Positions 1 to 11,805 are shown, numbered from the stretch's first letter. The stretch is DNA of 64,000 bases from Sedimentisphaerales bacterium (GCA_963663965.2 CAXXFK010000006.1:64001-128000), one strand, 5' to 3'. Notes: a model not told the origin generated them from the letters alone. Numbers and translations are program-made.

Positions 1-532
1 GATCCCATCTCTCGCCCATGCGATGAATGCCCGGTTCCAGGTATAGCACACTCGCATCATGATGGCTGGAATGTTTTTGGGTGGGCATTTCAGCCGAAAC
101 GATTAAATCGTGTGTTCCGCCAATCAGCAGATCCGCTTCGAAGATAAACTTGCATGGCTTATTCAGGGTTACTTGTAATTTTTCATCGGCTATTTGTCGG
201 ACCGCTCCGGGCTCCGGTTGAAGTGTCCAGCTTTTTATCGGACTGGCCGTTCTCAATTCCACCGTGACCGGATCGGTCATGGCAAAACTGCAAAACGAAA
301 CACCCCGGCCGGAAAACCCATTCCCGTTAATTTCCCGGCCATGATAGACGAAGGCATTTTCGCCGTTGACCAGCAGATCGAACCAGGCTGATTCGTTCAA
401 GCCTTCCACCTTGGATAAGTCACCTGGCAGTGGGTAAAGCACAACTCCCGGTTTTGACTGTTCAGTATGGACGCACCCGCTGACCAGAATCACGCATCCA
501 ACTATGAGCACTGGAATATAGATGTACCGCAT
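1..532 (-). CDS. Putative lipoprotein, probably a beta-helix glycoside hydrolase (GH28/GH49-like N-terminus); runs off the window edge
   Basis: Not in the ORF track. GGAG RBS then ATG at 532. Translates MRYIYIPVLIVGCVILVSGC (lipobox)...VSFCSFAMTDPVTVEL...VLYLEPGIH and is open to position 1. Confidence 0.6.
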   Translation of the reverse strand, partial: MRYIYIPVLIVGCVILVSGCVHTEQSKPGVVLYPLPGDLSKVEGLNESAWFDLLVNGENAFVYHGREINGNGFSGRGVSFCSFAMTDPVTVELRTASPIKSWTLQPEPGAVRQIADEKLQVTLNKPCKFIFEADLLIGGTHDLIVSAEMPTQKHSSHHDASVLYLEPGIHRMGERWD

Positions 533-729
533 TGAAGTATCTCCAATTTTTAATAGGTCGCAGTTGCGAATCATTCAAATCCATTTGTTGAGCCTGCGAA
601 TTTCAGACGGTTATCCTGTTCGCTTATTTCATGAAATTAACTGTAAGAAATCAGGGGTAATAAAGCAACACCTTTACCTCCTGATCGATAAAATCCATCT
701 TTATATGTTAAAGTTGCAATTTTATTAAC

Positions 730-744
730 TGATACCGATTATCA
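730..744. promoter_or_regulatory. Palindromic operator, Fur-box-like (7-1-7)
   Basis: TGATACCGATTATCA versus consensus TGATAATnATTATCA; lies in the divergent intergenic region upstream of the ABC transporter. Confidence 0.3.
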
Positions 745-895
745 GATCAGCCGGTCGGTGACAGAGGCAGATTTTAATGAGGAATATCCCTTGCATATAA
801 TGGGTTTCGGCTACTATATGTTGTATGTTTCAGACAACAAGACTCTGTTAACAATCTCAGAATGTCTTGTATAACTGATGATTCAGGAGTATGTT

Positions 896-2279
896 ATGAT
901 CAATAAGCGTTTAGTTGTCTTTTTTTTGGGCTTGACCTTGTCAAGCAGTATTTTTCTGATATCCGGTTGTACCAAAAACAACCCTGAAGAATCCGCCTCC
1001 GGAAGGGAGAGGCAACAGACTCCAAAATCGAAAAACTGGTGTTGATCAGTCCCCATAATGAAGATATTCGAAACGAGTTCGAAAAACGGTTTATTCAGTA
1101 TTACCAAGAAAAATATGGTAAAGACATTGAATTGGAATGGCGCGATGTCGGCGGCGGCAGTAGCACCATTCTGGCATTCCTGCGCAATATGTACAGCCAA
1201 TCCGATTCCAGCGGCATCGATGTCCTCTTTGGCGGGGGCGAATTCCCCTGTCAGTTCCTGGCCGCCGAAGGTTTGCTGACTCCCCTCGAACTGGATGCCG
1301 ATGTTTTGGAAAACATCCCGGACGAATTCTGCGGGATGCCGCTGTACGACAAAAATCTCCTCTGGTGCGGTAACGTACTGAGTGCTTTTGGCATTTTATA
1401 TAACCGCGATTTGTGTCAGCGCTATGATCTCAAGGAACCGAGGTTGTGGCAGGATCTGGGCCAGGACAAACTGTTCGGCCTGATAGTGCTGGCGGATCCC
1501 GGTGAATCGGGAAGCGCCGCGGCAACTTACGAAATGATCGTGCAATCCGCGCCCGATTGGCCGCAAGGCTGGCTCGACTGCTCGATATTCTTTCCAACGC
1601 CAAAAAATTTACCATCAGTTCCAGTGAAGCTGCTAATGCGCCCAAGGCCGAGGCGATTGCCGCGACAACAATCGATTTTTACGGGGCTCAACGTGTGGAA
1701 GAAATGAAGGGTGTACTGGCCTACGTCAATCCGAAAGGGCAGACTGGTTTCACTCCTGATCCTGTGGCTGTTTTGAAAAATCCGCCCCATCCACAGGCGG
1801 CGCAAGCTTATGCCCGATTTTTGTTGTCGGTAGAGGGCCAGGCTATCTGGGGCCTGCAAGTCGGCAAACCCGGTGGGCCGACTCGAAAAGCCCTGAACCG
1901 GATTCCGATCCGTAAGGATTTCTATACGAAATATGAAGCCGATCTGCCACCCTGGTTGCAAAACCCCTTTGCTGAAGGCGTAGGGATGCAGGTCGATAGC
2001 AGGATACGCGAAGTTCGCTACGGAGTTCTGGCCCAGCTGGTCCGCGCTGCGGCCATCGAAAATCTCGATATGATGAAAAAGGCCCGCCAGGTGCTGAAAC
2101 AGAATCCGGACAATCAGACTTTGCGTCAGTTATTTTATGCCCTGCCGGAAAATATGGATGCTGAAGATGACGTATTTACTGTCGCCGAAGGTCTGAAAGA
2201 TAAAGTACAGGCAGACAAAATTCTTTCAGGATGGATTGAGTTTTTCCGCACCAATTATAAACAGATAGTCAATCGCTAA
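896..2279 (+). CDS. ABC transporter substrate-binding lipoprotein (FbpA/AfuA, Fe3+/thiamine-type); two apparent indels near 1001 and 1571
   Basis: GGAG RBS, ATG at 896, MINKRLVVFFLG...ISGC lipobox. Continues into ORF 1039-1707 (LISPHNEDI, DVLFGGG, ADPGESGSA) and ORF 1557-2279 (PDPVAVLK, FLLSVEGQ). Confidence 0.8.
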
Positions 2280-4023
2280 TGACGACCCTACCCATTGAGA
2301 CTCCTATTAAATCTCGCAAGCCGATTCTCGCAGTCGTCTTGAAATACCTCCCTGCTTTATTACTGCTGGGATTTCTGTCTCTCTTTTTTCTCTATCCCTT
2401 ATTCCTTTCGATCAAGACCGGATTTGTTTTGGAAAATAAATGGAGCCTGTACTGGTTTGGCCGGGTGCTGACCGATCCAAATCTGATGGGCCAATTTGGC
2501 AACGGACTGCTGGTGGCCGGTGTGACGACGCTGGTGTGTTTTATCATCAGCATGCCTCTGGCCCTGCTGGCAACCCGATGCGAGTTTGCCGGCCGGTCAC
2601 TGATCAATGTATTGGTATTGCTGCCTTTGATCCTGCCACCGTTTGTCGGGGCTTTGTCCATCAGACGATTCCTCGGGCAATTCGGGCTTTTTAACCTGCT
2701 GTTGGATAAACTGGGCATTATTGATCTGTCCGCCGGTTTGCCGCCCGACTGGCTCAGCGGGGGATTTACCGGATTGGTGATCATACAGTCATTGCATCTC
2801 TTTCCGATCATGTACCTGAATATTGCCACGGCCCTGGCCAATCTCAATCCCTCCTATACCCAGGCCGCACGTAATCTCGGCGCCGGTCCCTGGACGACGT
2901 TTTTCAAGATTACCCTGCCTCTGCTGCGGCCCGGTTTGTTTGCCGGAGGGACGATTGTGTTTGTCTGGGCCTTTACCGATATTGGCACCCCGTTAATGGT
3001 TGGTTATGACAATATGCCGGCCGTGTCGATCTTTCGCGATCTGGTTCGGGCCAATTTTTCCCCCAAGACCTATGGCGTCACTTCCCTGTTATTGCTGGTA
3101 TCCGTGCTGCTCTATTATCTCAGTAAAACCGTTTTCCGGCCGAGTGTACCGGACGATGCTGTCAAAGCCAGTGTTTCCAGCGAGACTGTCAGGCTTAAAA
3201 CACCGGCGACGGTTGCGGTCTGGCTGTTATTTGGCTCAGTCATGTTTCTAGCCGTTTTGCCTCATATCGGGGTGATTCTGACTGCCTTTTCCGATAGCTG
3301 GATCGACACCATGCTGCCGCAAAGTTATACCCTGCGGCACATGAAATATGTCATTACCCGCCCCGAAACTTTCCAGAGTATTATCAACAGTTTAAAATAC
3401 GCCGGGATATCTACCCTGGTCGATATTGTTCTGGGGTCAGTCGCGGCATGGCTGATTGTGCGTGGGCGCATTAAAATCGCTTCGTTACTCGATGGATTGA
3501 TGATGATGCCGCTGGCGGTTCCGGGTATCATTCTTGCTGCTGGATTTATCGCGCTGACGGCGCCCGGCACTGCGCTGGAGGCCATCGGCCGATGCGCAAT
3601 CCTTTCTGGATCATTGTGATTGCCTATTCAATCCGTCGCATGCCATTTGTGATACGAGGTATGGTCAGCGGTTTGGAGCAGATTCCGGTTACGCTGGAAG
3701 AATCGGCCCGTAACCTGGGCGCCACCACCCTGGGCGCGATCCGTCATATCACTGCGCCCCTGATCCTTTCGAATATGATTGCGGCCGGAGTTCTGACTTT
3801 CTCTTTTGCCATGCTCGAGGTGAGCGATTCGCTCGTTCTGGCCCAGACCGAAGGCCATTACCCGATTACCAAAGAGATCTATCGACAAGCCATGTCGGCG
3901 AATACCGACGCCTATAATATTGCCGCGGCCATGGGCGTCTATGGCATGATAGTGTTAACGCTGGCTTTGATCGTTGCTGTTGTTCTGCTGGGCCGCCGTC
4001 TCGGCGCGATCTTCCGTTTTTAA
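2279..4023 (+). CDS. ABC transporter permease (FbpB-type, two TM domains); apparent indel near 3590
   Basis: Multi-TM with two EAA-type loops (QAARNLGA, EESARNLGA). ORFs 2279-3619 and 3592-4023 join as AIG-P-MRNPFW if one C is added. Confidence 0.85.
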
Positions 4024-4077
4024 AAAATGAATTTTTGTTATCAACAATGCACTGATTAGATCAAGGTTTCACTCGCA

Positions 4078-5163
4078 ATGACCACCAGAATCGATATCCA
4101 GGATATTACAAAAATTTATAATGAGCGAAAGAACCCATTCAAGGCTTTGGATGCGGTCTCTCTGACTATTGAACCGGGTGAATTATTCTTCCTGCTGGGC
4201 CCCAGTGGTTGTGGCAAGACTACCCTGCTGCGTACGATTGCCGGTCTGCTGGAACCCACCAGTGGGCGTATCTTCTTTAATGACAGGGACGTTACGCAGC
4301 AACTGGTCGAACAACGCAATACTGCCATGGTGTTTCAAAATTACGCGCTCTGGCCGCATATGACCATACGCCAGAACGTGGAATTTGGCCCGCGCATGCG
4401 CAAAGTGGAATCCGTGGCCCGAAAAGAACGCGCGGAATCCTGCCTGGAAATGGTAAGCATGAAAGAATATAGCCGGCGCAAACCCAACCAGTTGTCCGGC
4501 GGCCAGCAGCAGCGCGTTGCCCTGGCGAGGGCCTTGGCAGCCCAACCGGATTGTCTTTTACTGGATGAACCCTTAAGTAATCTGGATGCCGCCTTACGGC
4601 AGCGGATGCGCCTTGAATTGCATAACATGATTAAATCACAAGGAATTACTGCCGTTTATGTCACTCACGACCAGACCGAAGCCCTGTCCATGGCGGATCG
4701 GATTGCCGTAATGAGAGATGGCGTGATTGAACAAATTGACTCTCCCGCCCAGGTTTATTTTTCTCCAGTATCGAAATTTGTGGCCGATTTTGTCGGTGAA
4801 GGCAATTTTATAAAAGCCACTTTCGATCCCAGTACGCAACAGCAATGTGTGCAAACGGAAATTGGTACCCTTAAAGTAAAGCATCATAATGCGTTACGCT
4901 CTCAGAATGTCCTGTGCTGTATTCGTCCCGAACATGTACAAATTGTATTACCCGGTTCATCGAACCATGAATGGAATGAAATTAATGCCATGGTAGAAAA
5001 TGTTGTGTTTCAGGGAGATACCACCCGTATTATTGTGAAATTAGATAACATGGATAAATGGAAAATTACGCAGGTTTCGCATTTTAACAGCCTGACTGTA
5101 AAAAACGGCCAGACTGTAAAATTAAAATTTTTGCCTGAGTCTGTAATTATTCTGGACCATTAA
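4078..5163 (+). CDS. ABC transporter ATP-binding protein (FbpC/PotA-type with TOBE domain)
   Basis: Walker A GPSGCGKT, LSGGQQQRV signature, LLLDEP Walker B, VTHDQ. Confidence 0.95.
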   Translation: MTTRIDIQDITKIYNERKNPFKALDAVSLTIEPGELFFLLGPSGCGKTTLLRTIAGLLEPTSGRIFFNDRDVTQQLVEQRNTAMVFQNYALWPHMTIRQNVEFGPRMRKVESVARKERAESCLEMVSMKEYSRRKPNQLSGGQQQRVALARALAAQPDCLLLDEPLSNLDAALRQRMRLELHNMIKSQGITAVYVTHDQTEALSMADRIAVMRDGVIEQIDSPAQVYFSPVSKFVADFVGEGNFIKATFDPSTQQQCVQTEIGTLKVKHHNALRSQNVLCCIRPEHVQIVLPGSSNHEWNEINAMVENVVFQGDTTRIIVKLDNMDKWKITQVSHFNSLTVKNGQTVKLKFLPESVIILDH

Positions 5164-5311
5164 CGCAACATGTGATAAAAGCTAATAAAACTAAAATGCA
5201 ACCATTATAGAAATCTAACAAATTAAGGATATTATCATGTGTCTAATGTGTATGGATACCAGTGATATCCATTTTAATTTTTCTCTAATCTTTATTCTTC
5301 GGAGGAACAAA

Positions 5312-5947
5312 ATGATGAAGAAATTACTGTCTTTTGCTGTTGTGTTAATGCTGATTTCGTTGGTGAATGCTTCAACCGTATACGAATACGGATGGGAAAA
5401 TGGCGGAACGATCTTTGGTTTATATGGCAATGTTGTGAACCCGGAAAATGTAACCGATTTTTATCGTAGTGGTTCTCACGCCTTAAAAGTTACAGAAGCC
5501 CCTCACAGTGGGACTCCCCAGGCTTACATCGCCTTTGTAACGGGATTGACCGATGGGGATCAGGTGACTGCCAGCTTTTATGGTTTTGATGAAACCACCG
5601 ACGCCTCTCCATCGGTACGAATCTGGGGGCATTATGCCTCTTCCGCTGATGTGCTCAGTTATTTTGGCAGTGCTGGCGGCAACGATGCCTACACGGCCGG
5701 TACCGGTTGGGATCCGGTTGACTGGACCTGGACGTTTGATTCGAACGCCGGTGAACGGGATGCGTTGGTAATTGAAGTTCGTTTGTACAGTTCTCCCGCA
5801 ACCGGTGATTACAGCACGGATTACTATATTGATGATTTGTCTGTAACTGTCCCGGATACCGCGATGGTTACATTTCCGGTTCCCGAACCGGCTACTCTGA
5901 CAATTCTGGGGTTGGGAAGTTTGTTTATGATTCGTCGCAAAAAATAA
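5312..5947 (+). CDS. PEP-CTERM sorting domain protein
   Basis: GGAGG RBS before ATG 5312, signal peptide, C-terminal VPEPATLTILGLGSLFMIRRKK. Confidence 0.9.
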   Translation: MMKKLLSFAVVLMLISLVNASTVYEYGWENGGTIFGLYGNVVNPENVTDFYRSGSHALKVTEAPHSGTPQAYIAFVTGLTDGDQVTASFYGFDETTDASPSVRIWGHYASSADVLSYFGSAGGNDAYTAGTGWDPVDWTWTFDSNAGERDALVIEVRLYSSPATGDYSTDYYIDDLSVTVPDTAMVTFPVPEPATLTILGLGSLFMIRRKK

Positions 5948-6012
5948 GCAATAATGCTGATAATCACGTGCTTCTGGTGTCAACCAAAGATTAGTTTTAT
6001 AGAGTTTATTCT

Positions 6013-6046
6013 CAGGATGGGGTAGCATTTGCCTCATCCTGTTTTT
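6013..6046 (+). terminator. Probable intrinsic terminator or stabilising hairpin
   Basis: CAGGATGGGG...CCTCATCCTG stem followed by TTTTT. Confidence 0.55.
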
Positions 6047-6110
6047 CTGTGATAAAATTGATTAGTGTGCAGATTAATACCTAGCTGAGAGAAGGCGCAT
6101 GGGATACGAC

Positions 6111-7124
6111 ATGATGAACAACACTAAAAAGGGTTTTACTCTAATTGAACTGCTGGTAGTTATATCGATTATAGCGCTTTTAGTGGCAATTTTGATGCCG
6201 GCGCTGGGCAAGGCCCGTGAACAGGCCCGTAAAGCAGTCTGTATGGTCAATACCCGCAGTTGCGGAACCGCCATGGCGACTTATACCAGTTCCAATGATG
6301 ACTGGCTGCCCGGCCCCAATACCTCGGGCATGTGGTATCACCAGCAGAAATTATTGGGCAATTCCGGACCAGGCGTTTATCCCGCCACGCTTTCCAGTAC
6401 GACACCTATTCAAAATGTGGACTGGATGTCTCCCATTTTCGGTAAGGAACTGGGACTCCACAATGATCCTGGCAAACGGTATATGCAACTGTCCAATACC
6501 GACCTGTCCTGTCCTTCCAATCGCACCTATTACGACGGTACCTATCCATCCGGATCCACGTTTCTCACTCAGGATGATTTGTCACGCACAAAAATAACCA
6601 GTTACAGCGCATGCCTGGGATTTCAGGTTTATTTTGAATCCACGGCCGATCAGTCCAACCGGGTGCGCGGTGTCACCACCGACACGATTTCCAGCCAGAT
6701 GCTGGTACCCAAAAATTATTCTCCCCGCCTGACTAGTGTTGGACGCCAGAGTGAAAAAATCTTTGTTGTGGAAGGGGCTCGCTATGTCGCGCCGTCCAGC
6801 GGGGGATATCAGATTACCCTGAATAACCTTTCCTGGCAGGATGATGGCGGCAATTACATGTTGTATGGTCCGGCGACACCACATATGACTGGTGATCCCT
6901 ATAAATACGAAAATCCTGCGGATCCACAAATTGTTTCGGGTACCGAAAAATTTGCCTATCGTCACAATAATCAGTTATGCGTGATCTATTTCGATGGCCA
7001 TAGCGAAGCGCTGGGCTTGAAAGAAGCCCTGAATGTCCGGCTCTACTGGCCCAAAGGGTCCATGGTCCGTAACGCTACTTATACCTGGGATACCTCCGAT
7101 TACGATGGGATGACAATACGATAA
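6111..7124 (+). CDS. Prepilin-type N-terminal cleavage/methylation protein with H-X9-DG motif (planctomycete DUF1559-like pseudopilin)
   Basis: [36 protein letters not shown]-terminal [14 protein letters not shown]. Confidence 0.92.
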   Translation: MMNNTKKGFTLIELLVVISIIALLVAILMPALGKAREQARKAVCMVNTRSCGTAMATYTSSNDDWLPGPNTSGMWYHQQKLLGNSGPGVYPATLSSTTPIQNVDWMSPIFGKELGLHNDPGKRYMQLSNTDLSCPSNRTYYDGTYPSGSTFLTQDDLSRTKITSYSACLGFQVYFESTADQSNRVRGVTTDTISSQMLVPKNYSPRLTSVGRQSEKIFVVEGARYVAPSSGGYQITLNNLSWQDDGGNYMLYGPATPHMTGDPYKYENPADPQIVSGTEKFAYRHNNQLCVIYFDGHSEALGLKEALNVRLYWPKGSMVRNATYTWDTSDYDGMTIR

Positions 7125-7125
7125 T

Positions 7126-9321
7126 ATGAAAATCTGGCAAAGGAGAATCTGGATACTGCTGGTCCTGTTGGGGGGGGCCGGCATGACAAATGCCGCGTTG
7201 CGGATTGCAACGTATAATATCGCTTTGGGCGAAATCCGGCCGGGTCTGGATACGGTTCTGCAAGCGATCTGTCAGGAAACCTATCAAGGCTATTCCCAAC
7301 CGCTTGATATCCTGCTCCTGCAGGAACAGGATTCCGTTCAATCGACGACTCAAGCCATTGTGGATATCATAAACAGGATTATGCCATCGGTGAATTATCG
7401 GCGCTCGCAAACCAACGGCACCGGTCCCGGAGGTACCATGGCGGTGGTCTACAATCCTCAAACAGTCACTTTGCTGGATGAAACGGCCTTGCCGCCGCCC
7501 ACCAGTGGGGATCGCGCTGTCATGCGATACCATTTTCAACTGGCCGGTTATTCGACATCCGATTCCCACCTTTATGTTTATGTCGCGCATCTCAAAGCGA
7601 CAACGAATTCGGACTCTCGTGACCGACGTGCCGTTCAGGCCGCTCAGATTCGAGCCGATGCCGACGCGCTGGGTAATGATGTCAATATCATTTATGCCGG
7701 TGACTTTAATATCTATACCAGTTCCGAACCCGCTTATCAGAATCTGGTCGCTGAGGGTTCGGCCCGCGCCTATGATCCGACCGGTCTGGTTGACTGGCAG
7801 GGCAGTGAGTATCGCCGCTGGCATACCCAGGCGCCCGCCATGGACCCGGCCGATGCTTCTCTGGTCGGCGGCGGCATGGATGACCGCTTCGATTTCCAGA
7901 TGATTTCGGATTCACTTCATGATGGTTCTGGTCTGGATTGGATTGAGGGTTCCTATCGAACCTTCGGCAATAATGCCACCCATGCTTATAATGGGAATAT
8001 CAGTTCCGGAAATGGGGCATCGGCGGTTGTCCTCAACGCCCTGATGACCGCTTCCGATCACTGTCCGGTTGTGCTGGAATATCGACATCCCGCCCGAATG
8101 TCGGTTTCTGCTTCTGATTTACCATCGCGGGTGATTGCCCGTGGTTTCCAATACCAGGTCCAAGTTACCAATACCGCCCCTTGTCAGGTGGGTACTCAGG
8201 GCGCCGCCGGTATTGACTATTCGATTCAGACCAATCTGACCGGTACCCGTCAGTACGCGTCTATGCCGTCTGAATGGACACTGGCCACGATAGGAACGCT
8301 TGCTGGTGAACCTTTTGCTCAGTATCTGATTAATCCGATTGGTTTCGAAATGAGTGGGGGGGGGAATATCTCTTCCACCTCCGACAACTTCCCATTCTTG
8401 TATCGTATCCTCCATGCTGATGGCAGTCTGGAATTGAAAGTATCGAATCTGCAAAGTGATTCACCCGGCGCCAATGCCGGTTTGATGGTTCGCCAGTCGC
8501 TGGAACCCGGTTCGCCCTTTGGGTATCTCTATCTGACCCGGGATTTCGGCCTGAAATGGCGTAGCCGGATGAGTCCCGGTTCGACCGCCTTTGTCAGCAA
8601 TGGTCCGGCGGATCTCAACTCGGCCTGGTTACGTATTTCGCGACAGGGAGAGCAGGTCCTTGCCGCCTGGTCCTCTGACCGGCAAAGCTGGACCGAATGG
8701 CAATCGATGACACTCTCAGGAATGACAGGCCCCGCGTACCTGGGATTGGCAATATCCTCGCTACACCCCACAGCGACAGCTTTCGCTTCTTTCGATACCG
8801 AAGACGCAGGGGGTGCTAATAGTGGTACGGCTTATTATGCCCCGCCTGCCGCCGGCCCCAATATCCATACCTTTTTGCTGGGTCAGGGCCAGACCGAAAA
8901 CCGGACCTTTAATATCGAAATAAAATCGAACGATCCAACCGTTCAAAATAATCACTGGCAGACCACCTGCGTCTATCGTTACGCTGATTTTGACGATTTT
9001 GACCAGGATTGCGATTTTGATCTCGACGATGTCAATCTGCTATTAACTCACCTCGGTTCGATAAACACGTTATACGATCTGGATCGCTCCGGTCTGGTTG
9101 ATATGACTGATCTCCAGATTCTGTTCGAAACGGTTCTTGACCGGCCTCTGGGCGATATCGATCTCGATGGCACGGTGGACCTGTCCGACTTTCTAATCCT
9201 GGCAAATTTTTTTATGACACCTTCTACTGGCTGGAATCATGCCGATCTGAATGGTGATCATTTTGTGAATATTTCAGACTTGAATATTATTGCTCAAAAC
9301 TGGATGCGTTTCTTTCCTTAA
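7126..9321 (+). CDS. Secreted endonuclease/exonuclease/phosphatase (EEP) domain protein with C-terminal dockerin-like repeats
   Basis: Signal peptide; RIATYNI, LQEQD, AHLKA, AGDFN, RFDFQ and SDHCPV motifs; C-terminal DLDRSGLVD, DIDLDGTVD and DLNGDHFVN repeats. Confidence 0.85.
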   Translation: MKIWQRRIWILLVLLGGAGMTNAALRIATYNIALGEIRPGLDTVLQAICQETYQGYSQPLDILLLQEQDSVQSTTQAIVDIINRIMPSVNYRRSQTNGTGPGGTMAVVYNPQTVTLLDETALPPPTSGDRAVMRYHFQLAGYSTSDSHLYVYVAHLKATTNSDSRDRRAVQAAQIRADADALGNDVNIIYAGDFNIYTSSEPAYQNLVAEGSARAYDPTGLVDWQGSEYRRWHTQAPAMDPADASLVGGGMDDRFDFQMISDSLHDGSGLDWIEGSYRTFGNNATHAYNGNISSGNGASAVVLNALMTASDHCPVVLEYRHPARMSVSASDLPSRVIARGFQYQVQVTNTAPCQVGTQGAAGIDYSIQTNLTGTRQYASMPSEWTLATIGTLAGEPFAQYLINPIGFEMSGGGNISSTSDNFPFLYRILHADGSLELKVSNLQSDSPGANAGLMVRQSLEPGSPFGYLYLTRDFGLKWRSRMSPGSTAFVSNGPADLNSAWLRISRQGEQVLAAWSSDRQSWTEWQSMTLSGMTGPAYLGLAISSLHPTATAFASFDTEDAGGANSGTAYYAPPAAGPNIHTFLLGQGQTENRTFNIEIKSNDPTVQNNHWQTTCVYRYADFDDFDQDCDFDLDDVNLLLTHLGSINTLYDLDRSGLVDMTDLQILFETVLDRPLGDIDLDGTVDLSDFLILANFFMTPSTGWNHADLNGDHFVNISDLNIIAQNWMRFFP

Positions 9322-9342
9322 TCCGTTGAAAGGAGAAATCAA

Positions 9343-11805
9343 ATGAAGAAGTTGAGTGTATTGGCCCTGATCCTGCTGGGGGCATCCCTGGCCTCAGCGA
9401 AAACCTTTTACTATAGCTGGGAAACCGGTGACGGGACGATCCTTGGGACAAATGGCGATATTACCGGTTCAATCACCACCGCAGAAAAAGTTCACGGTGC
9501 CAGGTCTCTCGAACTCTTTGATGGAGGCAAGCCCGGCACGCCTCAGGCTTACGTCGCCTGGGTCAAAGGCCTGCAAAATGGCGATACGGTTACTGCGTAT
9601 TTCTATGCCAAAAAACGACAGGGGTATGGGGTTCGTATCTGGGGGCACTATACCAATGATTTAACGAATATAGATTCCAGTACCGGATCTGCCGGTGGCA
9701 ATGATACTTACAGCGGTGATGACTGGACCAAACTGTCCTATACCTGGACGATGGATACCTCTGATGGTAAGAATGGTCTGGTGGTCGAAGCCCGCACTTA
9801 TACTACCACCAATGACGGCGGCTGGGTCGATGCCATTGTGGTGACCGCACCGGATTATGCCGAAATCGTATTCCCCGGCCCCGGGATTGAAGGCGAACCG
9901 GATGTCAATATTGGCGAAATCGATGAAGAATGGGGTACACCCACCCATTCTTACAGCTGGGAAAACGGTCAAACTGTCGTTGGAAATTATTATACCTATA
10001 CTGAAAACGTGGAGGATCCCGTTTACGATGGCAGTCAGTCGCTCAAAGTCGTCTCCGGAAACTATACCGGCGGTCAGGCCTATCTCGCCCTAATCAGTGG
10101 TCTTCAGAACGGCCAGGAAGTCAAAGCCCGGCTTTATGCCCGCAACGGTCAGACCAGTGGTCTCAGGCTCTGGGGTATTTATGAACAATTTGGGGCTTTT
10201 GCCGGTAGCGCCGGTGGGAATGGGAATTATAGTACCACTGACTGGACTAAATTGATTTATGCTTGGAATTTCGACGACGGACCCGATGACGCGATCGATA
10301 CGCTCATCGTTCAGGCCCGTGTTTATGGCGGCCAGAATAACTACGGCTGGGTTGACAAACTCGATCTATGGGGTGCCTGCCAACGCCACTGTTCAGCTAC
10401 CCGAACCCAACGAACCCGCCGATAATCGAATCGGGGTGTACAGCTGGGAAGATGGTGGCACGGCTTGGGGCAGCTACAATTACCCCGACGTCATGCAGAA
10501 TTCCGCGCAGGACTCCTTCGATGGCGCCAAGGCCTTGCGTGTTGTTCGCGGGTCCGCTTCTGGTGATCCCCAGATCTATCTCGCCTGGATCAAAGGTCTC
10601 AAACAGGGCGATAAATATACGGTTCGCCTCCATGCCAAAGCCACTCACGGCGCCGTCCTGTCCGGCCACTATACCTCAACGGATGATCCGGATGACTACT
10701 CCGGCCGCGATATGATACCTTATCAGATTACTGGTACAGACTGGACCGAACTGGAATACACCTGCTGTTTAATGTGGGGGATATTGACAATTATGACCCG
10801 CGCACCGGATTTATGGTTGAAGGTCTTGTTACCGGCGAACAGGGCGATGAAGCCTGGTTCGACCTGATTGAAATTTTCGCGCCCGATCATTGCACGGTTG
10901 AATTCCCGCCGGCCTCCACAGAACCCATCTGTTATGCCGATTTTGATCTGACCGGAGACTGCATGGTGAATGATCAGGACCTTATCGCCTTTAGCCAGCA
11001 ATGGCTCACCAGCGGCATCGAATCCACGCTCGGTGAAACAGGCGATCCCAATAACGTGCCCGAATTCTACCGTTACTACAAATATGACTGGTCTGATGGC
11101 AACAAAGCGCTGGGTACTTTTCCCTCTGCCGATGATCCCAATGGCATGCCGCGCGTGGCCAATATTCTCAATCCCGAAGATCCCAACACCTCTCAGGCCG
11201 GCGCGCGCCAGTTGGAAATCACCTGTGGCGATTATGATGGCGCTTCGGTTTATCTGGCCCAGGTTAACGAACTGCAACACAATGACCGGATCTTCGTTCA
11301 GATCAAGATGAAAAGCGGGGGAGCCGATGGCGCCGACTTACGTCTGGCCATGGATCACCACCGCAATGGCGCTTACGCCGGGGGATTATTTACCCGGCCC
11401 ATTTACAGTACCGATGAATGGGGGACCTATGCCACCATCTTCACTTATGATGTCGGTGATCTGACCCAGTTTGACCCGCGCACCGGTATTAAAATCCTTG
11501 TACTGGCCAATGGCAATCTGGATGATCTGGCCGGTTATATCGATGAAATTATCGTCAGCGTACCCTATCATGAAGATCAATGGGGGAATGAGAAATCCGG
11601 CTGGGTGCAGTTTCCCGATAATGGCATCCTTATGAATCGCGGCAAAGAAATATTCCCCAAAGAAGGCGACCTGCTGAAAGTCTGTGTCTCTCAGCCTACT
11701 GCCGATTTCGGTGGCGTGTATTGCTTTGTGGATATTTCCGACTTTGCCGGCCTCACCAGCCAGTGGCTCGAATGTGGCTGGAGTGATAGTGAACTCTGTC
11801 CGTAA
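9343..11805 (+). CDS. Secreted multidomain protein with four repeats of an uncharacterised domain plus dockerin-like repeats; indels near 10371 and 10765
   Basis: AAGGAG RBS, signal peptide. ORFs 9343-10425, 10259-10867 and 10774-11805 carry tandem Y-S/D-W-E/S-x-G...Y-(L/V)-A-(W/L/Q)-x-x-G/E-L repeats; DFDLTGDCMVNDQDL...QWL. Confidence 0.75.
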
